A stretch of DNA of 64,000 nucleotides. Source: Abditibacteriaceae bacterium (lineage in GTDB: Bacteria > Armatimonadota > Abditibacteriia > Abditibacteriales > Abditibacteriaceae). Below are positions 38,953-48,864 of the stretch, one piece after another. Under the pieces are notes generated by a model. The model had not been told where the DNA came from. It searched no databases and was given only the letters and a program-made list of their open reading frames with translations. Position numbers and translations under genes: made by a program. Location of the stretch: NCBI GenBank assembly GCA_965277285.1, contig OZ255721.1:3264001-3328000 (forward strand), in the 5' to 3' direction. Position 1 is the first letter of the stretch, and every line of letters starts with the position of its first letter.

Positions 38953-41610
38953 TCAACCTGCCGCAACCGGATTTTCCTGATGCTCGGTCGGCGCGCTCTG
39001 AGCGACGCCTTCGGCATGACCATCGGCAACGAACGACTCATCCGTCGGTTCAATGTCGATAATCGCTTCGTCTTCGGGCGTTTCTTCGGGTTCGACATAG
39101 GGCTTGGGCGCGTCCGCGATTTTGGTCAGCGTCGCAAACGTCGGCGCGCCATCTAACAATTGATTGACATTGAACTGGCGCAAGCGCGTCGGCATCCAAA
39201 TCGTGCCTTCTTTGACGCTGCGCCCGACCTTCGCCAGCATTTGCACGCTGCCGCGATTTGTTTTGACTTCAACCGTCGCTTTGTTTTCGATACCCAGTTT
39301 GCGCGCATCTACTCGTGCGATTTGCACAAACGGCATTGGAACGACACGACTCAAGCGGTCGCAATAACCAAAACTTTCGCCGCCGTCCATCAACAACGCG
39401 CCGTGCAAAACCTGAAACTCGCCTTCGTTTCGCGTACTCGATGGCGCTTCATAAGTCACCGCGACGAACTGCGACGTTGCCTTTTGCGCTTGCGGCAAAG
39501 CGCGAAAACGCTGCGTCCATTCCGACACGTTGCGCACGCCGGAATCTTTGCCCAAAAGCTGCATCAATTTGGTGAAGATTAACCAATCGGGCGCGCAGGC
39601 CGACAAAGTTGCGCCCTGAGCGTCGCGGCGTTCGCGCGGGCGAAACGCTTGCTTCAAAGCCTGAACCTGTCCGGCGAAGTTCGTCGTCGTGCCGTCTTGT
39701 TCCAAAAAAGTCGCGGCGGGTAAAACGACATCGGCGTAAGGCGTCAGTTCGTTCTCGAACAAGGTTTGCACGATCACGAACGTGTTTTCGAGTGCCTTTT
39801 CCGCAATCGCGTAATCGCGCGCGCCATTTAAAGGATTGTTCGCCGCGATGAACAACGTCTTGATTTCGCCTCTGACCGCGCTTTCGAGTACTCGATTTCC
39901 ATCTAAACCGTTTACGCTCGGCGTCAAACCGGCGCGGCGCGCACCGACAGCGTTCGCACCGCTATTCAGCACAACAACGTAATCGCTGCGACCTTTCAAC
40001 GTCGCCAAGTTTTGCAACGCTTGCAAGGTTTCAGGCGACGAGTTCGCGCCAACCAGAACGAACAAGCGTTCGCTTTTGGCAATCGCGCCCGCGGCATCGC
40101 GCAAGGCGGTTTCATCGACGCCGGTCAATTCCGCGCTTCGAGTACTCGAATACGCACTCAGGTTTTGCGCCCATGCGTCACTGCCGTTCAAGGTTTGCAG
40201 TTTTTCGCTTTGCGCCGGTTCGTTCGTCCAACTCGCGTGAATTTCTTTCGCCAAACCGTTCAGCAATGCGACTTCGCTGTTCTGATTATGAATGAAAACC
40301 TGTTTCGCCAAACGGTCGAGCGGCGTTTTATACGCGTTGCAATTGACCACGTGCGCCTTGCGTTGGAACGCGGCTTTCTTCAAGCGCAAGTCCAAAATCG
40401 GCAATTCTTCGTTCGGGTTGGCGCCGACAACGAGAATCACGTCCGCCATTTCCAGTTCTTCATAGAACGCAATCGGCGGCTTGCCGGGTGTTGCAATTTG
40501 CGGCGAAAAACTGGCGTCGATGTTCGGCGTGCCGACGACATCGCGGAACAAAGTCGCCATCGACAGCGCGCCTTCGTTCGTCAATTTCCCGCTACCAATC
40601 GCGCCGATTTGTTCTTTCGGCGTGTTCTTCAACTTGTCCGCGACAATTTGCAACGCTTCGTCCCACGTCGCGGGAACCAATCTGCCGTCGCGCTTCACCA
40701 AAGGCTGCGTCAAACGCGCGTCCTGATCGACATAATCCAGGCCAAAACGGTCGCGGTCAGAAATCCAGCATTCGTTAATCGCTTCGTTGTCGCGCGGAAT
40801 GATGCGCGCCAAAGTTTCGTTGCGCTGACTGACGAAAATGTTGGTGCCGCTGCCGTCCGCCATCGAAACCGTCGGCACATTCTTCAATTCCCACACGCGC
40901 GCCTTGAAACGAAAATCGCGCGAAGTCAAAGCGCCAACCGGACAAATATCAATCGTGTTGCCCGAATAATGCGAATCGAACGGCGGATCGCTCAGTGTAT
41001 CGATCATCGTCTTGGAGCCGCGCGCCACCAGTTCGAGTACCGGATCTTGCGCGATTTCGTCCTGAAAACGCGTGCAGCGTGCGCATTGGATGCAGCGTTC
41101 GCGGTCGAGCGTAATCAGTTCCGAAAGCGGATAATCCTTGCTCATGTCCTTGCGCAAGGAATACATATCTTGCACACGCGACAAGCCACGTGCATACGCC
41201 ATGCTCTGGTCTTGCAGCATGCATTCGCCGCCCTTATCGCAAACCGGACAATCGAGCGGGTGATTGGCGAGGAAAAACTCCAAAACCCCTTCACGCATTT
41301 TGATGACGGCGGGCGTTTCTGAAAGAATAACCATGCCTTCCGCCGCTTGCGTGGTGCACAACGTTTGCGGCTTGGGCATCATCGCAATCGCGGGCGTGCC
41401 GTCTTCGTTCAAGGCGGGCGTCTTGTCGGGATTCATTTTCGGCATTCCGACTTCGGCCAGGCACATACGGCACATTCCGACCGCCGAAAGTTTCGGATGA
41501 TAGCAAAAGCGCGGCACGTCGATGCCGATTTGCGTCGCCGCTTCGATGACCAGCGTGCCTTTGGGAACGCTGACTTTTTGTCCGTCGATTGTGATGTTGA
41601 CCAATGCCAT
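38953..41610 (-). CDS. nuoG: NADH-quinone oxidoreductase subunit G
   Basis: PRFCYHP, CRMCL, NHPLDCPVCDKGGEC.LQD, RCIQCARCTRF, DICPVGALT. Confidence 0.96.
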   Translation of the reverse strand: MALVNITIDGQKVSVPKGTLVIEAATQIGIDVPRFCYHPKLSAVGMCRMCLAEVGMPKMNPDKTPALNEDGTPAIAMMPKPQTLCTTQAAEGMVILSETPAVIKMREGVLEFFLANHPLDCPVCDKGGECMLQDQSMAYARGLSRVQDMYSLRKDMSKDYPLSELITLDRERCIQCARCTRFQDEIAQDPVLELVARGSKTMIDTLSDPPFDSHYSGNTIDICPVGALTSRDFRFKARVWELKNVPTVSMADGSGTNIFVSQRNETLARIIPRDNEAINECWISDRDRFGLDYVDQDARLTQPLVKRDGRLVPATWDEALQIVADKLKNTPKEQIGAIGSGKLTNEGALSMATLFRDVVGTPNIDASFSPQIATPGKPPIAFYEELEMADVILVVGANPNEELPILDLRLKKAAFQRKAHVVNCNAYKTPLDRLAKQVFIHNQNSEVALLNGLAKEIHASWTNEPAQSEKLQTLNGSDAWAQNLSAYSSTRSAELTGVDETALRDAAGAIAKSERLFVLVGANSSPETLQALQNLATLKGRSDYVVVLNSGANAVGARRAGLTPSVNGLDGNRVLESAVRGEIKTLFIAANNPLNGARDYAIAEKALENTFVIVQTLFENELTPYADVVLPAATFLEQDGTTTNFAGQVQALKQAFRPRERRDAQGATLSACAPDWLIFTKLMQLLGKDSGVRNVSEWTQRFRALPQAQKATSQFVAVTYEAPSSTRNEGEFQVLHGALLMDGGESFGYCDRLSRVVPMPFVQIARVDARKLGIENKATVEVKTNRGSVQMLAKVGRSVKEGTIWMPTRLRQFNVNQLLDGAPTFATLTKIADAPKPYVEPEETPEDEAIIDIEPTDESFVADGHAEGVAQSAPTEHQENPVAAG

Positions 41611-41664
41611 GAAAATGTTCCTGCTTCGTATCGAGTACTCGATTCGCTTGACTATTTATGAAAT

Positions 41665-42069
41665 CTAATTTGTTTCAACGTCGAAAGAGAATTCGTCTGA
41701 GACATCGGGTTTTGAACTGACATAATGGCGATATTTTAGTGTGTGATTTCGCCAACCTTCAATGTGAGAAAAATTCGCCACCTTTGAGATAAATTTGTCT
41801 TGTAAGTGAACAACGACTAATTCAACTGGTAGATTTCTTGTCACAGCCAGATATTTCCCGTCTTCCGTTATTGCCAGATTCCTTCCCCAGTACAAATGTT
41901 CTGACAATAAAATGTCGTCCAAATACAGATGATATTGGAAATCACCGTGTGGCGGCTCAGTCAGATATTTGAACCGCATTTCGACCTTCATTTGTGGATG
42001 CGACACCAAAGTGTCCCAGTTCCAAATACTGAACTTCGTCCCATTGATCGGTGCTGCAACTGTTTCCAT
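41665..42069 (-). CDS. Hypothetical protein (AT-rich) inserted between nuoF and nuoG
   Basis: 134-aa ORF starting 3 nt after palindrome 42073. Confidence 0.6.
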   Translation of the reverse strand: METVAAPINGTKFSIWNWDTLVSHPQMKVEMRFKYLTEPPHGDFQYHLYLDDILLSEHLYWGRNLAITEDGKYLAVTRNLPVELVVVHLQDKFISKVANFSHIEGWRNHTLKYRHYVSSKPDVSDEFSFDVETN

Positions 42070-42089
42070 AATTCGAGTACTCGAACTGT

Positions 42090-42926
42090 TTACTTGCCAA
42101 CGATGCCTTTGCTGTCGCGCGGCGAGAACCACAGCAAAATGTCGTCTTTTTCGGTCGGCGTGCAGTTTGTGCGCACGAAACGTAAGGTTTTTCCGTTCGC
42201 CGTCGGCACGCTTGGACCGGAATAAATGACCGTGCCGCGCTTCAGTTGCGACCAGTCGGCGACGTTCGGGTTGGGCAACGATTTCAGCGCGACAGGAATA
42301 ACTGTCTTTGCACCAACTGTCGTATTGAAAGTTACATCAACTTCGATGCGACCAATCGGGCCGTGCCACGACGCGCCGGTGTGCAAAATATAAGATGCTT
42401 CGGAAAACGATCCGCTACCCGAACCCATAATCGAGCCGCCCACGGGAAGCGTATACAAATCGCGCACAATCCGCGTACTCGATTGCGGAAAGAAAACGCT
42501 TTTCGCGTGCCAGTAATTACCAGGTTCATCGGCGCGAATGAGTGTTGTTTTCGTCGGCACGCCGTTCACCCACGATTTAAAACTGGTGAAAAGCGGCTGC
42601 ATCGGTTTTTTGCGCCAATTCGGATCCGCTTGCGTGTCGACTTCTTCTTCCGCGTCCATCGTTCCATCGGCGCCATCGGGAAAACCCATGCGCACTGTTG
42701 TCGCCATGCCGTTGTTCTTGAAAACAAAGTTGCAATCGACGGTTTCCGTATCGTTGTTGAGCGTGATGCGAATCACTTCGCTTTGCATCGAAACGCTGGG
42801 ATGCGTCGACAACAATTTCGGCGAACCGCCCCACGCAATACCGCCATCATCGGCACGCACCGGAACAAACAGAGCAATCCCACAAACCACCAAACTGGCA
42901 AGCGACCATGTAGCGGAAATACGCAT
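42090..42926 (-). CDS. Secreted protein, DUF4424-like
   Basis: Signal peptide; VSMQSE.I.I, V.C.FVFKN, MGFP, YILHTGASWHGPIG. Confidence 0.65.
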   Translation of the reverse strand: MRISATWSLASLVVCGIALFVPVRADDGGIAWGGSPKLLSTHPSVSMQSEVIRITLNNDTETVDCNFVFKNNGMATTVRMGFPDGADGTMDAEEEVDTQADPNWRKKPMQPLFTSFKSWVNGVPTKTTLIRADEPGNYWHAKSVFFPQSSTRIVRDLYTLPVGGSIMGSGSGSFSEASYILHTGASWHGPIGRIEVDVTFNTTVGAKTVIPVALKSLPNPNVADWSQLKRGTVIYSGPSVPTANGKTLRFVRTNCTPTEKDDILLWFSPRDSKGIVGK

Positions 42927-43074
42927 AAAGGTGAACCTCGCAAAAACGAACGCACGAATCACGTCAAAGCGCCAAAGGTATAAACGCGCGCAAACCGGCT
43001 GCTTCATGCAAATCGAGTACTCGAAAAGGAACGCTCGAATGAAACAGCCGGTCGCAATCGTCTACCACGGCGCT

Positions 43075-43320
43075 CTACTTGTCTTTGAAGTAATCGGCGT
43101 TGATTTCGATGTACTTCTTCTGGTCGGCGGGAACAGCCGAATCCGCGTAAATCGCTTCGACCGGACATTCCGGTTCGCAGGCGCCGCAATCGATGCACTC
43201 GCCCGGATTGATATACAACTGCGGCGAATCGTCGTCTGCATGAATGCAATCGACGGGACAAACTTCCACACACGACTTGTCTTTTACATCAATACACGGC
43301 TCGGTAATGACATATGCCAT
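43075..43320 (-). CDS. fdxA: Ferredoxin ([3Fe-4S][4Fe-4S], FdxA type)
   Basis: MAYVITEPCIDVKDKSCVEVCPVDCI...ECIDCGACEPECPVEAI. Confidence 0.92.
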   Translation of the reverse strand: MAYVITEPCIDVKDKSCVEVCPVDCIHADDDSPQLYINPGECIDCGACEPECPVEAIYADSAVPADQKKYIEINADYFKDK

Positions 43321-43436
43321 AAGAGACCCCCAAAGGTTTTTGTAGTTTGTGCGACTCACAACACCACGACATTATACGGCATTTATGTTTCGGTTTCCGC
43401 ACGGTTCGAGTACTCGATGGAACTTACATCATAACC

Positions 43437-43512
43437 TTTAGCGAACCCGAAGCATCAGCGAGGGAGATTAATAATTCACCATCTCCCTCGCTGACGCTTC
43501 GGGTTCGCTAAA
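43437..43512. repeat. REP-like hairpin, family C, downstream of nuoF
   Basis: Near-perfect arms of about 32 bp. Confidence 0.85.
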
Positions 43513-43532
43513 AGTCTTTGTGTTGTCGTCAA

Positions 43533-44834
43533 TCAATGTTCCATCAGCGTCAGAGGAATGAAAGTTTTCTCATCCGCCGGATTGGTCAAGCGCTTCTCGA
43601 ATTCTGGACGAAAGTTTTTGATGCTGCTCATCACCGGCGTCGCGGCGGCATCGCCCAGCAAGCAGAACGAACGTCCCGCGATTTGGCTCGCCATATCCAC
43701 CAACATATCCAAATCGCCATCTTTGCCACGTCCGGCATCGACGCGCTGCAGCACGCGCGTCAGCCAATCATTGCCTTCTCGGCACGGCGTGCATTTGCCG
43801 CAGCTTTCGTGCTTGTAAAACTGAATAAGCCGCGCCGCGATGTGAACAATATCGACATCTTCATCGAAAATACAGAGTCCTGCCGTTCCCAGAATGCTGC
43901 CCGCCGCGGTGATCGACGCCGGATCGAGCGGCGTATCGAATTTGTCCGGCGTCATCATCGGCGTTGAACTGCCGCCCGGGAAAAAGCCCTTCAACGCTTT
44001 GCCTTTCCAGATGCCGCCCGCCAATTCGACCGCTTTGGAGATCGGCGTGCCAACCGGAACTTCAAAATTGCCCGGCCTTTCCACGCAACCGGAAACGCTG
44101 ACAATCTTCATTCCGGGCGATTTCTCAGTCCCGAACTTCTTGAACTCCGCCGCGCCTTCGCGCACGATGAACGGAATGTTGGACAGCGTTTCAACGTTGT
44201 TGACCGATGTCGGCTTGGCGTAAAGTCCAGCAACAGCCGGAAACGGAGGCTTCAAGCGCGGTTGACCACGGTCGCCTTCCAGCGACGACAACAGCGCAGT
44301 TTCTTCGCCGCAAATATAAGCGCCTGCGCCGGTGTGAATTGTGACTTCCAAATCAACGCCGCTACCCAGAATATTCTTGCCGATGTAGCCGCGCGCTCGG
44401 GCTTCGGCGACTGCGCGACGCAAGTTCTCGAAGCCTTTCATCATTTCGCCGCGCACATAAATGTAGCCGTGCGTGCAACCAATCGCGTAGCAGCCCAACA
44501 GAAAACCTTCGATCAGCGTGTGCGGCGTTTTGACGACGATTTCGCGGTTGGAAAACGTGCCTGGCTCGCTTTCGTCGCAATTGCAAACGAGGTATTTTGG
44601 GAACACGTCTTTGGGCATGAAGCTCCATTTCATGCCGGTCGGAAACCACGCGCCGCCGCGCCCGCCCAAACCCGAAGTCTTGACTTCGTTGAGCACATCG
44701 GCGCCTTCCATCGTTGACAGCGCCTTGCGCCACGCGGCATAACCTTCGGCCTTTTCTTCGTAAACCGAAATGTTGCCGACGTTGGGCACATCAATATATT
44801 TGTGAATGATCTTGGGATCGTCTGCGTATGCCAT
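43533..44834 (-). CDS. nuoF: NADH-quinone oxidoreductase subunit F
   Basis: GRGGA.FPTGMKW, DESEPGT, GAGAYICGEETAL..SLEG, ESCGKCTPCREG. Confidence 0.97.
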   Translation of the reverse strand: MAYADDPKIIHKYIDVPNVGNISVYEEKAEGYAAWRKALSTMEGADVLNEVKTSGLGGRGGAWFPTGMKWSFMPKDVFPKYLVCNCDESEPGTFSNREIVVKTPHTLIEGFLLGCYAIGCTHGYIYVRGEMMKGFENLRRAVAEARARGYIGKNILGSGVDLEVTIHTGAGAYICGEETALLSSLEGDRGQPRLKPPFPAVAGLYAKPTSVNNVETLSNIPFIVREGAAEFKKFGTEKSPGMKIVSVSGCVERPGNFEVPVGTPISKAVELAGGIWKGKALKGFFPGGSSTPMMTPDKFDTPLDPASITAAGSILGTAGLCIFDEDVDIVHIAARLIQFYKHESCGKCTPCREGNDWLTRVLQRVDAGRGKDGDLDMLVDMASQIAGRSFCLLGDAAATPVMSSIKNFRPEFEKRLTNPADEKTFIPLTLMEH

Positions 44835-44851
44835 ATCGAGTACTCGATTCC

Positions 44852-45295
44852 TTAGCGTTTGCGAATGGAACGCGTCGCCATTATTTTTAGTTGATTGATA
44901 ATTTTGTAGTTGGGCGCGTGCACTCGCGCGATAGTTGCAGCGAGCGTCCGTTGGGCTTCATTTTGTACGGCTCCGACTAACGTTACAGTTCCTCGGTTGC
45001 TTTTTGTAGGTGATATAACATCAACGTTCACGTTTTGTTGTGAAAGTACCGCGTTTGCCATCAAAGCACTCTTGATGAGAGGAGCTACAAAAGCGGCCTT
45101 CGGTACTTTATCGTTGGTGTTGTCGGTTGAAGTTGAACCTGCTGGACGCCCGATAATAATTCCGGCTTTCGCCAAACGCTTGACCGCAGCCGCTGCCCAG
45201 TGATTGTCCGGCACGTCGCGGAAAGTCGATTGCGCGCGTGCCGATGAAGCGGAAACCGTCGCGGCGATTGTTAAAAGAAGAAGGCGTTTGGTCAT
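44852..45295 (-). CDS. Secreted SLH-domain plus BON-domain protein
   Basis: Signal peptide; FRDVP.NHWA..AV..L..AGII.G (SLH); GTVTLVGAV....Q...A..IA.......IINQL (BON). Confidence 0.75.
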   Translation of the reverse strand: MTKRLLLLTIAATVSASSARAQSTFRDVPDNHWAAAAVKRLAKAGIIIGRPAGSTSTDNTNDKVPKAAFVAPLIKSALMANAVLSQQNVNVDVISPTKSNRGTVTLVGAVQNEAQRTLAATIARVHAPNYKIINQLKIMATRSIRKR

Positions 45296-45298
45296 AAT

Positions 45299-46033
45299 TT
45301 AAGGCAGCAAATCGGCGACTTTGATTTTGCTTTCCGGCGCCGACAAGGGCGAAACTTCATCGTCGGCTTTCAAAGTTTGCGTGCTCGAATAACCTTTAGT
45401 GTTAGGTTCGCGGCGCACTTCGAGCTGACGCGCTTTGAGATTGACAATCCAGTACTCAGGGATTTCAGCTTGAGCGTAATCCAGAGATTTTCGGGTTTGA
45501 TCGAAACGCAACGTTGTGTCCGACACTTCAACCACAAGCAGGGCGGAACTCGGCTTATCTGCGGGATGGTTTTTGACATCAACGGCTAAAACGGCGACAT
45601 CCGGTTCAGGCTGCGCGTTTTCTCCCAAAGTCAAGGGCAGTTGGCTTACGACCAGAAAACCTTTGCCAAAGACTTCTCGCAAACACTCCATTGTGCGCGC
45701 AATTCCCCACCAATGCGGGTTGTTCATCGGACTCATTTCGTAAACCTTGCCACCGACAAGTTGAACTTTACGACCCGCGAACCAATCCAACTTCGCCATT
45801 TTTTCGTACTGCTTCACGTTCCATAACCAGGAACGACCTTCGTGCTTACTGAAAACTTCGCCATTCAATAACTCGATGCGCTTGTCACCGAACCAGCCCA
45901 ATTCGCCCATTCGGTAATACTGCTCGACCGTCCAGCGCACAAGGCGTGGCGCAACCTCGCGGCGCGACTTCGCCGGACGCTGCACGAAACGAGCGTCGGA
46001 CGGTTTCTTGTTTTCGCGCGTTGTCGTCGCCAT
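45299..46033 (-). CDS. Uma2 family (PD-(D/E)XK) endonuclease-like protein
   Basis: QPEPDVAV, LLVVEVSD, K...YA.A.IPEYWIVNL. Confidence 0.9.
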   Translation of the reverse strand: MATTTRENKKPSDARFVQRPAKSRREVAPRLVRWTVEQYYRMGELGWFGDKRIELLNGEVFSKHEGRSWLWNVKQYEKMAKLDWFAGRKVQLVGGKVYEMSPMNNPHWWGIARTMECLREVFGKGFLVVSQLPLTLGENAQPEPDVAVLAVDVKNHPADKPSSALLVVEVSDTTLRFDQTRKSLDYAQAEIPEYWIVNLKARQLEVRREPNTKGYSSTQTLKADDEVSPLSAPESKIKVADLLP

Positions 46034-46057
46034 AATCGAGTACTCGAATCGTCAAAA

Positions 46058-46687
46058 TTACTTGGCTGCAGGAACTTCAGCTTCTTTCGGCTTTTCTACT
46101 TTTACAATGTCATCGGCGCGCTGAATGTTGCTGACATCAATGCCCAGTTCGGCGTCGGTGAAGGCAATCGGATGCGTGCCCAGCCATTTATGAAATTCGG
46201 CATACGGCGGTTTTTCGCCGCGCTCCAAATAGCCGATGATCTCGTCAATCTTCGCTTCGTCCAGGTTCTCGTAATAATCTTCGTTGATCTGGCACATCGG
46301 TGCCTTGTCGCACGCCGCCAAACACTCGACTTCCATCAAAGTGAATTTTTTGTCGGGCGTCGTTTCGCCAACGTGAATGCCCAAACGCTGCTCGAACAAT
46401 TCGACGGCGTGCTTGGCGCCGCGCAATTCGCAAGGCGTCGTTGTGCAAACCTGAATCACGCTTTGGCCGACCGGCTTCAGGTAGAACATCGAATAAAACG
46501 AGGCGACCGCGTAAACGTGCGAGTCCGGCAAGTCGAGCACTTCCGCGACTTCGACCATCGCTTCTTTGGGCAGCCATCCGCCATAAGCGCGCTGCGCCAC
46601 ATAAAGCGCCGGAACCAGCGCCGATTTTCGGTTCGGATATTCTTTGCAAATTTCTTCAATGCGCGCGATATTCGCTTCAGTCAACAT
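46058..46687 (-). CDS. nuoE: NADH-quinone oxidoreductase subunit E
   Basis: VASFYSMF, VCTTTPC.LRG, ECLAACDKAP. Confidence 0.96.
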   Translation of the reverse strand: MLTEANIARIEEICKEYPNRKSALVPALYVAQRAYGGWLPKEAMVEVAEVLDLPDSHVYAVASFYSMFYLKPVGQSVIQVCTTTPCELRGAKHAVELFEQRLGIHVGETTPDKKFTLMEVECLAACDKAPMCQINEDYYENLDEAKIDEIIGYLERGEKPPYAEFHKWLGTHPIAFTDAELGIDVSNIQRADDIVKVEKPKEAEVPAAK

Positions 46688-46704
46688 ATCTAAACCTTTT
46701 CATT

Positions 46705-46810
46705 AACCACCAAGACACAAAGGACACCAAGAGAAACGGAAGGGCAAAAAGAGGTTTCGCGCAATCGAGTACTCGATTCTCTTCTTGGTGTCCTTTGTGT
46801 CTTGGTGGTT
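46705..46810. mobile_element. MITE-like element, family E, with 28-bp terminal inverted repeats and an internal 12-bp palindrome
   Basis: AACCACCAAGACACAAAGGACACCAAGA...TCTTGGTGTCCTTTGTGTCTTGGTGGTT; second copy at 48161-48269. Confidence 0.7.
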
Positions 46811-46816
46811 CAAAAT

Positions 46817-48151
46817 CTATCTATCGACTTCGCCCAGAACAATGTCAATCGAACCGATAATGGCAACGACATCTGCCACCAAACGGCCTTCCAGCATCGG
46901 CGGCAACGCTTGCAAATTGATGAAACTGGGGCCGCGCAGGTGACAACGATACGGTTTGTTGCCGCCGTCGCTGACGATGTAAAAGCCGATTTCACCTTTG
47001 GGTGACTCGTTCGCCACATAAACTTCCTGGTTCTTCGGCGGATGAAAACCTTCAGTTATTAGCTTGAAGTGATGAATCACAGCTTCCATCGAAGTCGCCA
47101 ACTCTTCGCGCGGCGGCAGAGAAATCTTGCGGTCAGCGCAACGAATCGGGCCATCAGGAAGTTTGGCGAACGCTTGTTTCAAAATGCGCGCGCTTTGCCG
47201 CATTTCTTCCATGCGCACTAAATAACGATCATAAACATCGCCGTTTTGCCCGACCGGAATATCGAACTCGTAGTTCTCGTAACCCGAATACGGATTGCTT
47301 TTACGAACATCCCAGGCGATTCCCGCCGCGCGCGCGACCGGCCCGCTGACGCCCAGATCAATGATTTCCTCGCGCGTCAAGGCGCCGATGCCTTTGGTGC
47401 GCGCCGTAAAAATCTCGTTCTCGCTCAACATATAATCGTATTCGGCGATGCGCTCGTCTATGATAGAAAGGAATGTCGCCAGCGATTTCAAAAACTCCGG
47501 CGGTGCGTCCTCGACCAATCCGCCAACACGCATATAGGAATACGTCAGGCGCGCGCCGCAAAGCTGGTCGAACATATCGAGAATCATCTCGCGTTCGCGG
47601 AAACAATAGAAATAAACCGTCATCGCGCCCAAGTCGAGCGCGTGCGTTCCCAGCCACACAAGGTGCGCCGCCAAACGTCCCAACTCGGCGCAAATCACAC
47701 GCAACGCTTGGGCGCGAACCGGAATCTCGGCGCCCAAAAGTTTCTCGACAGCCAGGCAATACACCAAGTTATTGCCCATCGAATTGGTGTAATCGAAGCG
47801 ATCTGTGACGACAATCGCCTGCTGATACGTCTTCGATTGCATCGTCTTTTCCATGCCGGTGTGCAAATAGCCAATCACCGGCTCGGCTTTGACGACGGTT
47901 TCGCCATCCAATTCGAGGACCAGCCGCAACACGCCGTGCGTGCTGGGATGCTGCGGCCCCATGTTGATAATCATGCGCTCGCTGCCGCCCGGCTCGACAG
48001 GATGCGGCTCGATGTCGAAGGTGCGGCCATGCGTCGCCATGCGCGCGGCGTGATCCAGCGAATCGCGCCGCTCCATTGCTTCAACGGGCGCCATATCGTC
48101 GCGGATGTTATCGAAGATTTTGGTCGGATCCGGCTGTTTTGTTTTCAACAT
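46817..48151 (-). CDS. nuoD: NADH-quinone oxidoreductase subunit D
   Basis: NMGPQHPSTHGVLRL, IGYLHTG.EK, ESPKGE, DIVLGEVDR; start uncertain. Confidence 0.97.
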   Translation of the reverse strand: MLKTKQPDPTKIFDNIRDDMAPVEAMERRDSLDHAARMATHGRTFDIEPHPVEPGGSERMIINMGPQHPSTHGVLRLVLELDGETVVKAEPVIGYLHTGMEKTMQSKTYQQAIVVTDRFDYTNSMGNNLVYCLAVEKLLGAEIPVRAQALRVICAELGRLAAHLVWLGTHALDLGAMTVYFYCFREREMILDMFDQLCGARLTYSYMRVGGLVEDAPPEFLKSLATFLSIIDERIAEYDYMLSENEIFTARTKGIGALTREEIIDLGVSGPVARAAGIAWDVRKSNPYSGYENYEFDIPVGQNGDVYDRYLVRMEEMRQSARILKQAFAKLPDGPIRCADRKISLPPREELATSMEAVIHHFKLITEGFHPPKNQEVYVANESPKGEIGFYIVSDGGNKPYRCHLRGPSFINLQALPPMLEGRLVADVVAIIGSIDIVLGEVDR

Positions 48152-48160
48152 GAGGTTATT

Positions 48161-48269
48161 AACCACCAAGACACAAAGGACACCAAGAAAAGAGATTCGA
48201 GTACTCGATTGCGCGAAACCTCTTTTTTGTCCTTCCGTTTCTCTTGGTGTCCTTTGTGTCTTGGTGGTT
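48161..48269. mobile_element. MITE-like element, family E, with core inverted relative to the 46705 copy
   Basis: Identical 28-bp TIRs; internal ~50 bp is close to the reverse complement of the first copy's core. Confidence 0.7.
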
Positions 48270-48273
48270 CAAT

Positions 48274-48864
48274 TTAGCTTTTGGCGTAAACGCGCGGCAC
48301 TTTGCGCACGGTGAATTCCGGTTCTTCCCAGCCAATTTCTTCGGTCTGGCGCAAAGGATGACCTTCCCAATCTTCGCTCAACAAGATGCGGCGCAAATCG
48401 GGATGACCCTCGAAACGAATGCCAAATAAATCGAAGACTTCGCGCTCGTGCCAGTTCGCCGTGCGCCATACGCTGGTCACGCTGGGAACTGTCGTGTCGT
48501 CTTCGGGCACGCGCACTTTCAAGCGCAAATAGGTGAAATGCTGCATCGAATACAACTGATAAATCGTTTCAAAGCGCGGATCGCGGTCGGGCCAATCGTT
48601 GCCGGTCAGGTCGGAAAGATAATCGTAGCCCATATCCGGCCCGACTTTGCAAAAACGACAGACTTCGACCAGTCGTTCGCGCGGCACGTAAACCGTCACT
48701 TCGTCGCGGAAACGCCGCACTTCAAAGAAGATGTCGGGAAATTGCGCCTGCAACTTTTCCACGGCGCTTTCGGCGCGCGGAATCGTTTTGAGATAAGCGC
48801 CGCTGCTTTCGTGCGGCACCGTCGCCATTGTCGGATTGGGGCCGGTTATCGAATCGCTGACCAT
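48274..48864 (-). CDS. nuoC: NADH-quinone oxidoreductase subunit C
   Basis: ANWHEREVFDLFGIRFEGHPDLRRILL..DWEGHPLR. Confidence 0.96.
   Translation of the reverse strand: MVSDSITGPNPTMATVPHESSGAYLKTIPRAESAVEKLQAQFPDIFFEVRRFRDEVTVYVPRERLVEVCRFCKVGPDMGYDYLSDLTGNDWPDRDPRFETIYQLYSMQHFTYLRLKVRVPEDDTTVPSVTSVWRTANWHEREVFDLFGIRFEGHPDLRRILLSEDWEGHPLRQTEEIGWEEPEFTVRKVPRVYAKS

Noticed and set aside
41631..46047. Classical integron cassette array
   Set aside because: No tyrosine recombinase gene and no attC-like RYYYAAC...GTTRRRY folded sites; the motif also occurs in and between core genes.
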